A stretch of DNA of 64,000 bases from an uncultured bacterium (GTDB lineage Bacteria; Bacillota_I; Bacilli_A; RF39; UBA660). Shown in pieces: positions 1 to 10,287 of the stretch; positions within the stretch are counted from its first letter, which is position 1; the number at the start of each line of letters is the position of its first letter. The stretch is from the NCBI GenBank assembly GCA_947646655.1, contig CANSHI010000005.1:1599-65598 (forward strand). The letters run 5' to 3'. The position numbers and the translations under genes are program-made. The notes under the pieces were generated by a model. That model had not been told where the DNA came from, ran no database searches, and worked only from the letters and a program-made list of their open reading frames with translations.

Positions 1-1471
1 GGGCCTCATTATGGTTTTCACTATAATCTAAAATATCTTTTATTCTTTTAAGTTCGCCATAAAAAGTTGATATTCCATTTGCTATGTCGTCTTTAACATT
101 TATAGATGTGAAAATTTTCATAATAGGACAAGAGAAAGAAGCTGAATTAACGTATGTTCCCGAGTAGGCAAGAATTAGATTTATTCCAATGGTACGCATG
201 AAAGATGTCTTACCACTCATGTTAGAACCAGTAATTATATTTATATCACGATTGCATGAGAAACTGTTCGTTACACACTTTTCTTCTTCTATTAAAGGGT
301 GTCTCATGTCAGCAATATTTAATTTTAAATCATCTTCGATAATTGGAAGACATGTATTGTTTTTTACAAAACATATAGTTGTTAAGCTTATCAATACTTC
401 AAATTGTTCTAATGCTTTAATACTTGTTTTAAAATTTTCGGTATGTGTAGATAAAAGTTTAGAATATTTGTATAAAAGTATAAAGTTTAAAGAAAAGAAA
501 ACATTTAGTAAAACATTTGTGATAAAATTAGTTCTAAACAAATCAAACTCTCTTATTGATGACAAATCTTTTATAATAGATTTTCCGCGAGAGATTTCGG
601 TTTTTAGTTTTTGGTTTTGTGAATCCTTAAATTCGAAAGAGTCTACATAATTAAAGCTTTCCATTAGTTTACTAAATATTCTAGATGAATTGCCGATGTC
701 TTCAAAAAATTCGTTGTAACGAATAGAATAGATGTAGGAAATGGCTAGTTGTAAAAAGAATAGTACTAAAAATAGAGCTGGATTAACTATTTTTAAAATA
801 GATAAAACTAATGATAAAATTGTCGATGCAGAAAGGATTAATGATAAAATTAAGTGACAGTTTTTAGTTTGAATAGATTTATCGAATAGAGAAAATAATT
901 CTTTGAAATCGATGTTTTCAATGTTTTCAATTTTATCTAATCTTTCTTTGAAATTTAAACAAAAGTTGAAGTTAGTTTTAAGTTCCCCTATTGAACCTTG
1001 ATTGTCTTGAATCTTTTTTTGTGAAACATTTTCTAATGAAAGTGTTTTAATAAGTTTTCTTTTGCCTCCAAGACTCGATGTAAAATCAAGAAATTGCATT
1101 AAAGAATTTTTTCCTATAATATCTAAATCTCCTATAAAATTTTCTTTAGATTCGTTTATAGAGTATGTTTCTTCTTTCCACTTTTCGTCGATTCTGTTTG
1201 AGTACTTTTCAATAATAGAAAGTAAGTTTTTAAATCGATCGATTTCTTTGTCTATTTGATGATGTATAATGACCATAATTATAAAGAAACAAATTAAAAC
1301 AACTGTTAGGGCTATGTGGAGTGTGCTTCGAGTATTAAAATAAATAATCATTTCTACTAAGCTTAGTATGAATATTATCAATCTCATATTCGAATAAAAA
1401 TTGCTTTTTCGTTCTTTTTCTTTTTGTTCTTGTAAAATACTTTTTTGGATTTCTAAAATATTTTTGTGCAT
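1..1471 (-). CDS. MutS-domain ATPase (MutS-family domain V), C-terminus truncated by window edge; N-terminal half has predicted membrane helices
   Basis: My own reverse-strand translation of 1..300 gives TGSNMSGKTSFMRT (MutS Walker A, like TGPNMxGKST) and STFYGEL (MutS STFMxE motif). The frame stays open to an ATG at 1471. It is absent from the ORF track only because the stop lies outside the window. Confidence 0.5.
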   Translation of the reverse strand, partial: MHKNILEIQKSILQEQKEKERKSNFYSNMRLIIFILSLVEMIIYFNTRSTLHIALTVVLICFFIIMVIIHHQIDKEIDRFKNLLSIIEKYSNRIDEKWKEETYSINESKENFIGDLDIIGKNSLMQFLDFTSSLGGKRKLIKTLSLENVSQKKIQDNQGSIGELKTNFNFCLNFKERLDKIENIENIDFKELFSLFDKSIQTKNCHLILSLILSASTILSLVLSILKIVNPALFLVLFFLQLAISYIYSIRYNEFFEDIGNSSRIFSKLMESFNYVDSFEFKDSQNQKLKTEISRGKSIIKDLSSIREFDLFRTNFITNVLLNVFFSLNFILLYKYSKLLSTHTENFKTSIKALEQFEVLISLTTICFVKNNTCLPIIEDDLKLNIADMRHPLIEEEKCVTNSFSCNRDINIITGSNMSGKTSFMRTIGINLILAYSGTYVNSASFSCPIMKIFTSINVKDDIANGISTFYGELKRIKDILDYSENHNEA

Positions 1472-1523
1472 TTTTTCACTCTCTTTCTGTGTTTATATTT
1501 TTATAAAAAACTACTCAATAAAT

Positions 1524-2669
1524 TTAGTTGATTTTTCTCTTTCTTTTAGATATTATGTTAGTCAATATGATAAATAGTATGGAAAATGAAAGTAGTATAG
1601 CCATGTTAAAAAACACTGGTTTTAGAGAAATCAAGTTTATACTTTCAATGGTCTTTAAAATTTCATTATTTTTTATGAACCAGTAAGAAGGCAAAATGTG
1701 AGCAATGTTCAAAACTGAACTTGGTAACCATTCCATTGGTACAAAGGCTCCACATAGAAAGCTGGATCCTAAAGCGATTACATTGACAATACCGTTTACA
1801 GCTTCTTTGTTTTTAACTAAATTTCCGATTAAAAATGCAATTGTTAAGGCATTCATCGTGAAAATAAGTGAGTTTATTATATAGATTAACCCGTGGGATG
1901 TAAACATTGAACTACCGATCAAAATAAAACCGAGTAAAATGTAGACGAACCATAATCCTAATGCGAATAAACTGTTAGATAATAGTAATTGTCTGTTAAT
2001 AGTTTTATAGTTTATACTACTGATCGTAGTTCTTTTGAAAACGTGTTCATTTTTAAAGCTAGATAAGATTAGACATATAACATAGATTGCTCCTGCTAGA
2101 ATGCAATAATTTGTAAAGTTAAAGTAAGTAGTCATTTTATTTAAGTTAGCTGTGTCTAGTTTGCTAGTCATCTGGACAGTTATGTTTTCTTCTAGGATAG
2201 CAGCAATTTTTTTGGCTATTTCTTCTTCACTTTTAAATTCTGTGCGATAAATATTAGCAAGTCTTAAATATTTTTCTAAGTTCATCTCAGCTAGAGTTGA
2301 GGAGTATTCGTTAGTAGTTTTTGTTTCTAATTTAGGGTTTAAGCCTTCCATAAAGTTTTCGTTAAAGTGCTCAGGAATGTAAATGCAGTAATTAATTTCT
2401 CGATAAAAAAGTGCATCGTTAATTTCTTCTTCGTTTTCAAATTGGACAAAATCACTCTTCTCTTTTAGAAAATCAATTAAAGATTCTGTAATACCCTCGT
2501 CTTTGTCGTTGTTGACAATAGTAATTTTTGGTTTGCTTTCTACAAAGTTGGTGGAATTTTCATTGGTGGTCATATTAAATCCTCCAAAAAAAACTAAAAT
2601 TACGGTATACATTATTATTGGAGCTTTACATTTGTTTAATATTTTTAGAAATGCTTTAAATATTGTCAT
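1524..2669 (-). CDS. ABC-2 family transporter permease
   Basis: Multi-pass membrane protein with a large N-terminal extracytoplasmic domain, directly downstream of an ABC ATPase and a second permease. Confidence 0.55.
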   Translation of the reverse strand: MTIFKAFLKILNKCKAPIIMYTVILVFFGGFNMTTNENSTNFVESKPKITIVNNDKDEGITESLIDFLKEKSDFVQFENEEEINDALFYREINYCIYIPEHFNENFMEGLNPKLETKTTNEYSSTLAEMNLEKYLRLANIYRTEFKSEEEIAKKIAAILEENITVQMTSKLDTANLNKMTTYFNFTNYCILAGAIYVICLILSSFKNEHVFKRTTISSINYKTINRQLLLSNSLFALGLWFVYILLGFILIGSSMFTSHGLIYIINSLIFTMNALTIAFLIGNLVKNKEAVNGIVNVIALGSSFLCGAFVPMEWLPSSVLNIAHILPSYWFIKNNEILKTIESINLISLKPVFFNMAILLSFSILFIILTNIISKRKRKIN

Positions 2670-3849
2670 ACTTTTGCCTCCTTAAACTGAAAATGGATAT
2701 GCTTAATAAAATGCCTGTGAATATTAGAAGACTGATAACATTAAAGTAGTATCTATCGTTTGGACCATAATAGTATAAAGAGTAAAATCCGTCTGTAATC
2801 ATATTAGCAGGGTTTAACATGTTGATTATAGGTAGGTTCTTATCGACGATATATTTCATAGTGATACCCATCATTCCCGATAGAAAGCATCCGAGCATGG
2901 TAAACGAAATCATGATACCTGTCTTAAGGTTTTCGTTAGTTTTAAATACACTTGCTGTTGTGATACCAAAACTCAATCCTGCGAGGGAACCGATTAGCGA
3001 AAGTAAAATTATTAAAGGAATATTATCACCATAGTCGATTTTTAATACAAATATAGTATAAATAAATAATAATGCTAAGCCGAATAATTGAATTAGGTAG
3101 CTAGCAAGTACGTTGCTTATAATGAGGCTGCCTTTTTTTATTGCTGAGATAGATACTCTTTTTCCATGATTACTCATATTAGCAAGAGATTTATTGATCG
3201 CGACCATTCCTAATATTCCTCCGTATAAACAAGTCATAGCGATTAGTGTATAAAATTCAATCATCGTATAACTCATGTTTTTATTCGTGATATCTTCTAT
3301 ATTAGTATCATTTTGCTTTATTAAGTTTTCGACTTCTTTAGATAATTCAGAACTTAGTTTGGCATAATCTAGTTCCATATTGTTTTCAGTACTAATTATG
3401 TTTTTAATTTTGTTTTCTATTAAGTCTTTGGATAATACAATTTGTTCTCTTATTTCTTCAGTGACAGTTTCTAAAATGGTTTCGTTGATACCGTTTGACT
3501 TCACGATTACTTCAGGTTTATCTTGAAATGTAATAATACCATATATTTCATCGCTTTCAAGCGCATCTAAAGCATCTTCTTTAGTTAAATATTTAATGTT
3601 AAAAATTTTGTTATCACTATTCTCTTCACTGATACTATTTAATGCATTTTTATAATACTCGTAGTCTTCATAATTTTTGTTCTCGACAACAGCAATATCA
3701 AAAGATTTAAAACTTTCACTATTTTCGATGTTGGAAAAAGCCATATTAAAAAATGTTCCTAAAATAATGGGGAAGGCAAAAGTCCAAAATATGAGAGCTT
3801 TGTTTTTGAGTAAAGTTTTTATAGTGTATTTAAAATTGTGGATAAACAT
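2656..3849 (-). CDS. ABC-2 family transporter permease
   Basis: One N-terminal TM, a large loop and a C-terminal six-TM bundle. Overlaps the ATPase stop, which suggests translational coupling. Confidence 0.55.
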   Translation of the reverse strand: MFIHNFKYTIKTLLKNKALIFWTFAFPIILGTFFNMAFSNIENSESFKSFDIAVVENKNYEDYEYYKNALNSISEENSDNKIFNIKYLTKEDALDALESDEIYGIITFQDKPEVIVKSNGINETILETVTEEIREQIVLSKDLIENKIKNIISTENNMELDYAKLSSELSKEVENLIKQNDTNIEDITNKNMSYTMIEFYTLIAMTCLYGGILGMVAINKSLANMSNHGKRVSISAIKKGSLIISNVLASYLIQLFGLALLFIYTIFVLKIDYGDNIPLIILLSLIGSLAGLSFGITTASVFKTNENLKTGIMISFTMLGCFLSGMMGITMKYIVDKNLPIINMLNPANMITDGFYSLYYYGPNDRYYFNVISLLIFTGILLSISIFSLRRQKYDNI

Positions 3850-4787
3850 CAGTCTCTCAATTCCTTTCCCGTCAACTCTAAGAAGACGTCGTTAAGCGTT
3901 GGTCTTTCGGAAAATATTTTACTATAATTGATTTTATTATTTTTTAAGTAATCGATAAGTTCTGTTAAATTGTTTTTACCTTTTTTATAAGTTATTATCA
4001 AACTATTATTGGAATAAACGACACTTTGGGCATTTTTAAATCCTATTATTTCTTCGATATATTTTTGTTCAAGATTTTGTACTTCGATAGTTACTTTTTC
4101 TTCAATTTTAGCAAGGCTTTTAAGTTCGTCAGAAGTACCTGATGCGATAATTTTTCCTTTATCTAATATGATAACTCTGTCACAAAGTATTTCTACTTCT
4201 TCCATATAATGAGTTGTGTAAATGATGGTGGCTCCATTTGTCCTTAGCTTTTCAATTCCATCTAAAATATTATTTCTACTTTGTGGGTCGACTGCGACAG
4301 TTGGTTCATCTAAAAATATTATTTTTGGTTTATGGGCGATTCCACAGGCTATGTTTAATCTTCTCAGTAACCCTCCCGATAATTGTTTGGGATAATATTT
4401 TTTATAATTTTCTAAACCGACTAATTTAATCGCATCTTCGATACATTCTTGACGTGAACTTTTATCTTTTATATAAAGTCCACAAAAATAATCGATATTT
4501 TCTATGACATTTAGTTCTTCAAAAACTGCTACATCTTGAAATATGACTCCAATTTGTCTTTTGATATCGTAGGCATCAGGTCTCATGTTTTCACCCATAA
4601 TTTTTATTTTTCCACTTTGATAGTTCAATAGTGAGAGAAGACAATTGATAGTAGTTGATTTTCCACTTCCATTTGGCCCTAAAAGTCCTAATATTTCCCC
4701 TTCATAAACTTCGAATGACAAGTCGTCGATTGCTTTTTTATTTTTGTATTCTTTTGTTAGATTTTTAACTTCAATTATATTTTTCAT
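3849..4787 (-). CDS. ABC transporter ATP-binding protein
   Basis: Walker A GPNGSGKST, signature LSGGLLRRL, Walker B IIFLDEPT. Likely start is MKNIIEV at 4787, preceded by AAGGAGA. Confidence 0.85.
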   Translation of the reverse strand: MKNIIEVKNLTKEYKNKKAIDDLSFEVYEGEILGLLGPNGSGKSTTINCLLSLLNYQSGKIKIMGENMRPDAYDIKRQIGVIFQDVAVFEELNVIENIDYFCGLYIKDKSSRQECIEDAIKLVGLENYKKYYPKQLSGGLLRRLNIACGIAHKPKIIFLDEPTVAVDPQSRNNILDGIEKLRTNGATIIYTTHYMEEVEILCDRVIILDKGKIIASGTSDELKSLAKIEEKVTIEVQNLEQKYIEEIIGFKNAQSVVYSNNSLIITYKKGKNNLTELIDYLKNNKINYSKIFSERPTLNDVFLELTGKELRD

Positions 4788-4910
4788 CAGTATTCTCCTT
4801 ATTGATACTTTTTTATTATAAAATTTTTTAGAACATTTGTAAATATTTTTTGGCATTTAAAAAGCAACCACAAGAATGGTTACTTTCGAAGAAATAAGCT
4901 AGTTAAAACT

Positions 4911-7802
4911 TCAAAATAAAGTTTGGGAAATACTTCCCTTGCCCATGATAAAGTTTTTGATTTTAACATAATCAGTAGCATAAATTGAATTATCGTTGTT
5001 CACGTCTGCTGCAAGTCTATAAGCTCCAGTTAAAGTGGTCTTACCCATAATGTGGTTTTTAATACGCACATAGTCTGTTGCATAAATATAACCGTCGCCA
5101 TTAACGTCCCCTTTTACGACGACTGTATAATTGTAATCAGTATTGTTAAAATGGAGAGTAAACTTCATAGCAGTTGCAATTAAACCTTCGTATATCTCAG
5201 TATTATTAGCAGATTTAAAGCTTTTTAAAGTGACTCCTTGTAAACCAGAAAGTTTATTTCTCAAATCTTTAATATTTGTATTGAGTGTGAAGCCTGCAAC
5301 ATAGCCGTCTTTTTTAGTTAAACCAAAGTAATTTAAAACATCTGCTTCATTCAAAGTATTTGAACTACCATTTGTGACTGTAACTTTACTAGTTAATCTC
5401 ATCGAATTTGAACCGATCGCTAAATCAGCATGTACATTTGAAACGCCCGTTTTTAAACCGCTTAATACACTGTTTTGATATTCGATAACATCACTATTTT
5501 CGACAAGGACATTATAGTTTAGCACAGTTGTAGGATTAGATTCGATACTATACGTAAATATTTCTCCAATTTTCATGTCGATTTCTTTTAAAACGCCGAC
5601 TCCTACTATGCCTTTAGAAAGTGAGTTCTCATTTAAAACATCTAATTTATGTAAAGAAGCATAATTACCAACAGGTTGCATGGAATTATTAACAGTAGTC
5701 TCATAGTAAACATTAAAAGGGACGTTATAGTAATTATCCATTATGCATTGAAGAGCGATGAATGCACCAGTGTTTGAGTTACCGTTTACTTTTCCTTGAG
5801 TAAAACTATTTTTAATAATTGCATTCATATTTAGACCTATAAATCCACCTGCATTTTTAGGAGAGTTAACACTGACTCTTGAAGAGCAGTCTTCTATGTA
5901 AGTATCATTAGAGGCATTTCCTACAAACCCTCCTGTGGAGGCTAAATCTGAAGAGAAAGAACCACTATATTCTATATTGGTTACTGTTCCACTTTTTAGG
6001 TGAATATTTTTAAGTGTTATATTCGAAGTTGTGGATGCAAAACCTCCTAAATAGTCGCCTTTGTCAGGTGTAGCAGTAATATTTTCGACGAAAAGATTTT
6101 TAATCTCCGTTTTAGTTCCATACACTCCTACCGAAGAGAACACTCCTGCCCCTTTCGAAGTAATGTTTTTAAGGGTCTTATTATTGCCGTCTAAATTTCC
6201 TTCAAAGTTGATACTAGGATAATTTTTGATATCTTTAAAATCGATGTCACTACCTAGTTTATAATACTTACCTTTAGTATCTAAACTCATGAGATACATA
6301 AAGTCTTCAGTATCACTTATAATGTATGGATCGTTTGCAGTTCCAGATCCCACTGTTTCAGGTAATGTAACGTTGAATGTAACAGAGTCAGCTGTTTCTC
6401 CTGTAACCTCAATAGCAATCCTTGAATTACTTCCGTCTGCATAGTAAATAGTCTGATTATCGAATACTCCGTTTGTGATAGAAGTTTTACCGAGTGTTTT
6501 TCTAGACATATTTAATGTAGCTTCAACTAAGTTACCTGCTCCTTCACCAAGTTTATCTTCTCCAGGTCTAAATACAAATATATGGTCTTTTTCTCCTCCA
6601 TTACCACTTTGGGCATTACCCATATATTTATTTTTTTCATTAACACGATAAACGATTATTCCCGATTTATCAGATGAGGAAAAATCGTAAGTGTTGTGCT
6701 TCTCGTGATATTCGACTATAAAGTACTCCTGCTTATTAGCATCAGGTTGAATTTTAATAGCACGTACTTCATTGTTATTTATGTACTTTGGTTTATGAAG
6801 TGTAATAGATTTTGTCGTCTTATTAATGACTGGAAGTGGCGTATGCCAGTTTGTTTCCAGGTTAAATTCACTTATAAAATATGTCAAAAAGTGCTGAGGG
6901 TTAGAACCAACGACGTTTCCCATAACGTCATAGAATCCTACTGGCTTTTGTGTCATTGAGTCGCCATAGCGGTATAAATCACTAAATCCTAATGTATGAC
7001 CAAATTCATGGATTATAGTACCATATTTTCCTCGATTTAATGAAAATAGATTGATAGACTCAGTATAATCTCCTGCATACATAAAGTTGTAATCTCCAAT
7101 ACTTTTATTTAAAATTTTAGAAGAAATGTTTCCTTTGTTACTCGATTTATGAGCCCAAAGTAAGTCTTGCCATGTAATAGAAACAGGCAGTGTATCGGCA
7201 CCTTCTACTATGAATGATATGGCATCTATTAGTCCATCATTATTTGTATCGATATCTTTGTCTGTAAAACCATAGGCACTTAATTGATTGCTGATATAGG
7301 CTGTTGCTTTATCGACTAATGCAGCTTCTCTTTCATTAGCTTCTTCTCTAGTTTTATAACCTATCGGATTTTTAGCATCGTATTTTAAATAATAACCAAT
7401 CGGTTTGTCATCTCTAAATGATTTAACTTGACCATTTTCTTTTGGAAAAATGTCAGTTGAAATAGATAGTTGACCATAACTTTCGCGTTCATAATAAGTT
7501 TTAAAAGAAGGAACTTTTATTAAGCCGTTGACTGTAAGCATTTCAAATTCATCACTATTATATATTGCTTCGGCGTTTTTAACACTTTGTTCGTCGTCCA
7601 AATGATGTTTAGTATTAGTATCACTATCGCTAAATTCGATGAAAACGACGATGTTTTGTAATTCTCTTCTACTTGCCCTAGACTCAGCACTAAGCTCAGT
7701 TTGTGTAACATTAAAAACTTCTTCTTTAGAAAGTATTTCACTGTTTGAAGGTAATAGTAAAAGAGCCGTTACTAGTAGTAATAATTTAAACAGTTTTTTC
7801 AT
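4911..7802 (-). CDS. Secreted peptidase-M6 (immune inhibitor A-like) zinc metalloprotease with C-terminal type-I dockerin repeats
   Basis: Signal peptide; HEFGHTLGFSDLY (M6-type HExxH plus D). C-terminus has two repeats, DVNGDGYIYATDYVRIKNHIMG and DVNNDNSIYATDYVKIKNFIMG, typical of dockerin Ca-binding loops. Confidence 0.65.
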   Translation of the reverse strand: MKKLFKLLLLVTALLLLPSNSEILSKEEVFNVTQTELSAESRASRRELQNIVVFIEFSDSDTNTKHHLDDEQSVKNAEAIYNSDEFEMLTVNGLIKVPSFKTYYERESYGQLSISTDIFPKENGQVKSFRDDKPIGYYLKYDAKNPIGYKTREEANEREAALVDKATAYISNQLSAYGFTDKDIDTNNDGLIDAISFIVEGADTLPVSITWQDLLWAHKSSNKGNISSKILNKSIGDYNFMYAGDYTESINLFSLNRGKYGTIIHEFGHTLGFSDLYRYGDSMTQKPVGFYDVMGNVVGSNPQHFLTYFISEFNLETNWHTPLPVINKTTKSITLHKPKYINNNEVRAIKIQPDANKQEYFIVEYHEKHNTYDFSSSDKSGIIVYRVNEKNKYMGNAQSGNGGEKDHIFVFRPGEDKLGEGAGNLVEATLNMSRKTLGKTSITNGVFDNQTIYYADGSNSRIAIEVTGETADSVTFNVTLPETVGSGTANDPYIISDTEDFMYLMSLDTKGKYYKLGSDIDFKDIKNYPSINFEGNLDGNNKTLKNITSKGAGVFSSVGVYGTKTEIKNLFVENITATPDKGDYLGGFASTTSNITLKNIHLKSGTVTNIEYSGSFSSDLASTGGFVGNASNDTYIEDCSSRVSVNSPKNAGGFIGLNMNAIIKNSFTQGKVNGNSNTGAFIALQCIMDNYYNVPFNVYYETTVNNSMQPVGNYASLHKLDVLNENSLSKGIVGVGVLKEIDMKIGEIFTYSIESNPTTVLNYNVLVENSDVIEYQNSVLSGLKTGVSNVHADLAIGSNSMRLTSKVTVTNGSSNTLNEADVLNYFGLTKKDGYVAGFTLNTNIKDLRNKLSGLQGVTLKSFKSANNTEIYEGLIATAMKFTLHFNNTDYNYTVVVKGDVNGDGYIYATDYVRIKNHIMGKTTLTGAYRLAADVNNDNSIYATDYVKIKNFIMGKGSISQTLF

Positions 7803-9099
7803 AAGTTTTACTCCCTTTTTGTTTTTTTAAGAGGGCTAAAATTATAATGAGAAGTGCACCAGATAAACAAGAAAGTATGATAATTAGTAAATTGTTATTA
7901 TGCTTAGTGCTTTCGTTAGTCGGACAATTCGATAAAAATGTCGGATATGGTATTAAAGAGTTTTCAGAAGCTTCGTATAAGTACTCTACGCGTGTTCCAT
8001 CTGCATTAATCGTATTTAGAAGATAATAGTTATCTTGGTTTTTATATTTATAACAGTCGATTTCTAGGTCTTCAATTTTTAACTGACTAAGCTCTAAATT
8101 ATCATCATCATTTTTAGTATCCAACAAATAAATTGTTTTGTTAGCGATTTTTATTGGAATTAATTTATTTGTAATTTCATTTTTCTCTTTGTTGTAGAGA
8201 TAGAAGTTTTTGATATTATTAGTTACTCCATAAATTATAGAAATTTTATCATTAGTAAAAACAGTAATCGTTTTATCATCTTTAGTGATATCTTCTTTTT
8301 TAAATCCTTCAGGAATGTTTAGCCCTTCTAAGTTTCTAACTAATCCTATACTCTCATCATTATAATTTATGAAAACAGTTGGTGCCTCATCGACAAAGAC
8401 ATTTAATTTGTAAGTCTTTTTAGAACCATTTTCGGCAGTAACAGTTATTTTAATTTCATTATTTCCCGGTTTCAATTCGGTTTTTCCTACTCCCGAAACT
8501 TTAGCTTTATCATCTTCGGCTACCCCAGATATGTCGATAGAAGTAACAGTATTTGGAAGATTTAGGGTATATTTTTCTGTATTTGGATCAAATTTAGGAT
8601 TTAGTTCATAGCCTTCTACTTTTAAATTTTTAAGTTTATTATTTGATGAGCGTTTGTCTTGTGGTTTTTGAGATGTCGAAGTAGACGGTTTAGATGTGGA
8701 AGAACCAGGATTTGATGGAGTTGTCGGATTTGATGGCGTGGAACTTTCTTCTATTATAGATACAGAAACGCTTCTTGAACCAGGATTATATTCATTCGCA
8801 TCAGCATCAGAAAATCCTGCTGTTGGTGTTGCTGTGATAGTCACTACTCCACTATTCCCTGCTGTAACAGTAATTGACTCTGTATTTTGTTCTACCCAAA
8901 CGCTCGATTTCGATAGTTTACCATTAGAAACGGAAAGATTAACTCTTCCTATACAATCCCCTCCAACATTGATCGTAAAAGTAGCATTTGGTTTTACTTT
9001 GCTTGTAGAAGCACTTATTTTAAAAGATGCCGCCTTAACAGGTATGACTAGAATAATCATCAAAAAGATGAATATAATTAATAAATTCTTTAACTTCAT
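7786..9099 (-). CDS. Cell-surface protein: signal peptide, Ig-like/cadherin-like beta-sandwich domains, Ser/Thr/Pro-rich linker, C-terminal TM anchor
   Basis: N-terminal signal, STP-rich low-complexity stretch, a KVEGYELNPKFDPNTEKYTLNLP-type cadherin-like domain, and a C-terminal hydrophobic helix followed by KKQKGSK. Confidence 0.5.
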   Translation of the reverse strand: MKLKNLLIIFIFLMIILVIPVKAASFKISASTSKVKPNATFTINVGGDCIGRVNLSVSNGKLSKSSVWVEQNTESITVTAGNSGVVTITATPTAGFSDADANEYNPGSRSVSVSIIEESSTPSNPTTPSNPGSSTSKPSTSTSQKPQDKRSSNNKLKNLKVEGYELNPKFDPNTEKYTLNLPNTVTSIDISGVAEDDKAKVSGVGKTELKPGNNEIKITVTAENGSKKTYKLNVFVDEAPTVFINYNDESIGLVRNLEGLNIPEGFKKEDITKDDKTITVFTNDKISIIYGVTNNIKNFYLYNKEKNEITNKLIPIKIANKTIYLLDTKNDDDNLELSQLKIEDLEIDCYKYKNQDNYYLLNTINADGTRVEYLYEASENSLIPYPTFLSNCPTNESTKHNNNLLIIILSCLSGALLIIILALLKKQKGSKTYEKTV

Positions 9100-9183
9100 A
9101 AAAAACACTCCTCAAAATTCACGTGTAGTATATCATATTTTATGCCTAAATGATAGTGATTTGTGAACTTAAAAGAAGAAATA

Positions 9184-9212
9184 TTGACAAGATGATTTAG
9201 TTGTGGTAAAGT
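9184..9212 (+). promoter_or_regulatory. Sigma-70-like promoter (TTGACA - 17 nt - TGnTAAAGT) upstream of the 9240 ORF
   Basis: TTGACA at 9184-9189, 17-nt spacer, TAAAGT at 9207-9212 with a TG at the extended -10 position; GGAGAG RBS before the ATG at 9240. Confidence 0.4.
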
Positions 9213-9239
9213 ACAAACATTTCAAGGAGAGAAATAATT

Positions 9240-9479
9240 ATGGAAAATGAACAACAAAATTTAGTAAATCGTTTGGAAGAACTTAAAGCTACTTTAATTA
9301 ATTTATTTGAGCAGTCAAAAAAATATCAAGCGGGATGTCGAGAGTATAATCTTATAATGTATTCAATCGGCGAAACTTATATGGAAATAGGAAAAATATA
9401 TAAATATTTAAGTCAAAAAGAATGGCTTGGAAATATTAATGAGACTTTAGAAAATATTCAAAAAGGTTGCTCCAAATAA
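9240..9479 (+). CDS. Hypothetical small protein (79 aa)
   Basis: ORF with promoter-like and RBS-like signals; no recognisable motif. Confidence 0.4.
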   Translation: MENEQQNLVNRLEELKATLINLFEQSKKYQAGCREYNLIMYSIGETYMEIGKIYKYLSQKEWLGNINETLENIQKGCSK

Positions 9480-9534
9480 TAAACTGGAAAGATGAAATGT
9501 TTTTAAGTAAACATTTCAAGTTATCCAGTTTTTT

Positions 9535-10050
9535 TTAAAAAGTTTTATGATTACCATATAGTCGCTCTTTTATGTTTTCTATTTCTTGATTTATAATTTT
9601 AGATTTTTTAGAATTTTTTAATGTACATGTAATAAAACTGATTGCTTGACTGGCAAGAGCCAATCCTAAAATTCCTATTTTATCGATTATTTGTTTTACA
9701 CCTTCGAATAAACTTGCGTACGTTGCCTGAGCGGCTTGATCTTTTGAAAAGACATCACTGTTTGAGATGAGGGATAAAACTTCGTTAAACATTTCTGTAA
9801 CATTTGTTGTAATTGTTGAATGGGGGTTTAAAATTAAATAGCCTAAAAATAATATTAATGCTCCTTGTCCAATAGCTTGTTTTACTAAAAGAGAGTTGTA
9901 TTCACTGAAATTTTGATCAATTCTTTCTATTTTTAATTTTGTACTGCCATTAAAACCATTATCAAAAGATGAGACTTTTAATGAATTAATATCGGTCATT
10001 AAAATGTTTTCGAGTTTTATTTTTTTTTGATTTAATTTACTTGGTATCAT
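9535..10050 (-). CDS. Hypothetical protein with central hydrophobic segments (possible membrane protein), last gene of the CYTH operon
   Basis: Abuts the upstream ORF (10050/10051); hydrophobic stretches GALILFLGYLIL and IGILGLALASQAISFI. Confidence 0.4.
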   Translation of the reverse strand: MIPSKLNQKKIKLENILMTDINSLKVSSFDNGFNGSTKLKIERIDQNFSEYNSLLVKQAIGQGALILFLGYLILNPHSTITTNVTEMFNEVLSLISNSDVFSKDQAAQATYASLFEGVKQIIDKIGILGLALASQAISFITCTLKNSKKSKIINQEIENIKERLYGNHKTF

Positions 10051-10272
10051 TTATTTTTCTTCCAAATTTTTAGCAAATATTTCTAATAATTCAAAGAACA
10101 ACTGTTCTTCGTTTACTAGTATGACTTCATCATCAATTAACTCACAAATTGCTATTCCTGATTGATCTTTCTTTATTAAATAAATATATATTTTTCCTTT
10201 AAATTGAATTTGGTCCATAACTATATACTGAACATTGTTACTTAACTCAATTAAATATCCTTTTTCTAACAT
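10051..10272 (-). CDS. DUF1292-like small protein
   Basis: 73-aa protein whose pattern resembles the Firmicutes DUF1292 family (…GKIYIYL…EVILVNEE…). Confidence 0.35.
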   Translation of the reverse strand: MLEKGYLIELSNNVQYIVMDQIQFKGKIYIYLIKKDQSGIAICELIDDEVILVNEEQLFFELLEIFAKNLEEK

Positions 10273-10287
10273 TTTAGCACTTCCTTA

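Noticed and set aside
189-650. Plus-strand 153-aa ORF in the ORF track
   Set aside because: It lies antisense to, and wholly inside, the minus-strand MutS-domain gene. Its composition is AT-rich and low-complexity (Phe/Lys/Ile-rich), as expected for a shadow ORF.
8696-9166. Plus-strand ORFs overlapping well-supported minus-strand genes (also 2503..2685, 6696..6959, 12742..13038, 33363..33923, 40087..40512, 57830..58201 and similar)
   Set aside because: They are antisense to genes with clear protein-family motifs (surface protein, pnp, infB, primase), and none has an RBS or a motif of its own. Treated as shadow ORFs.
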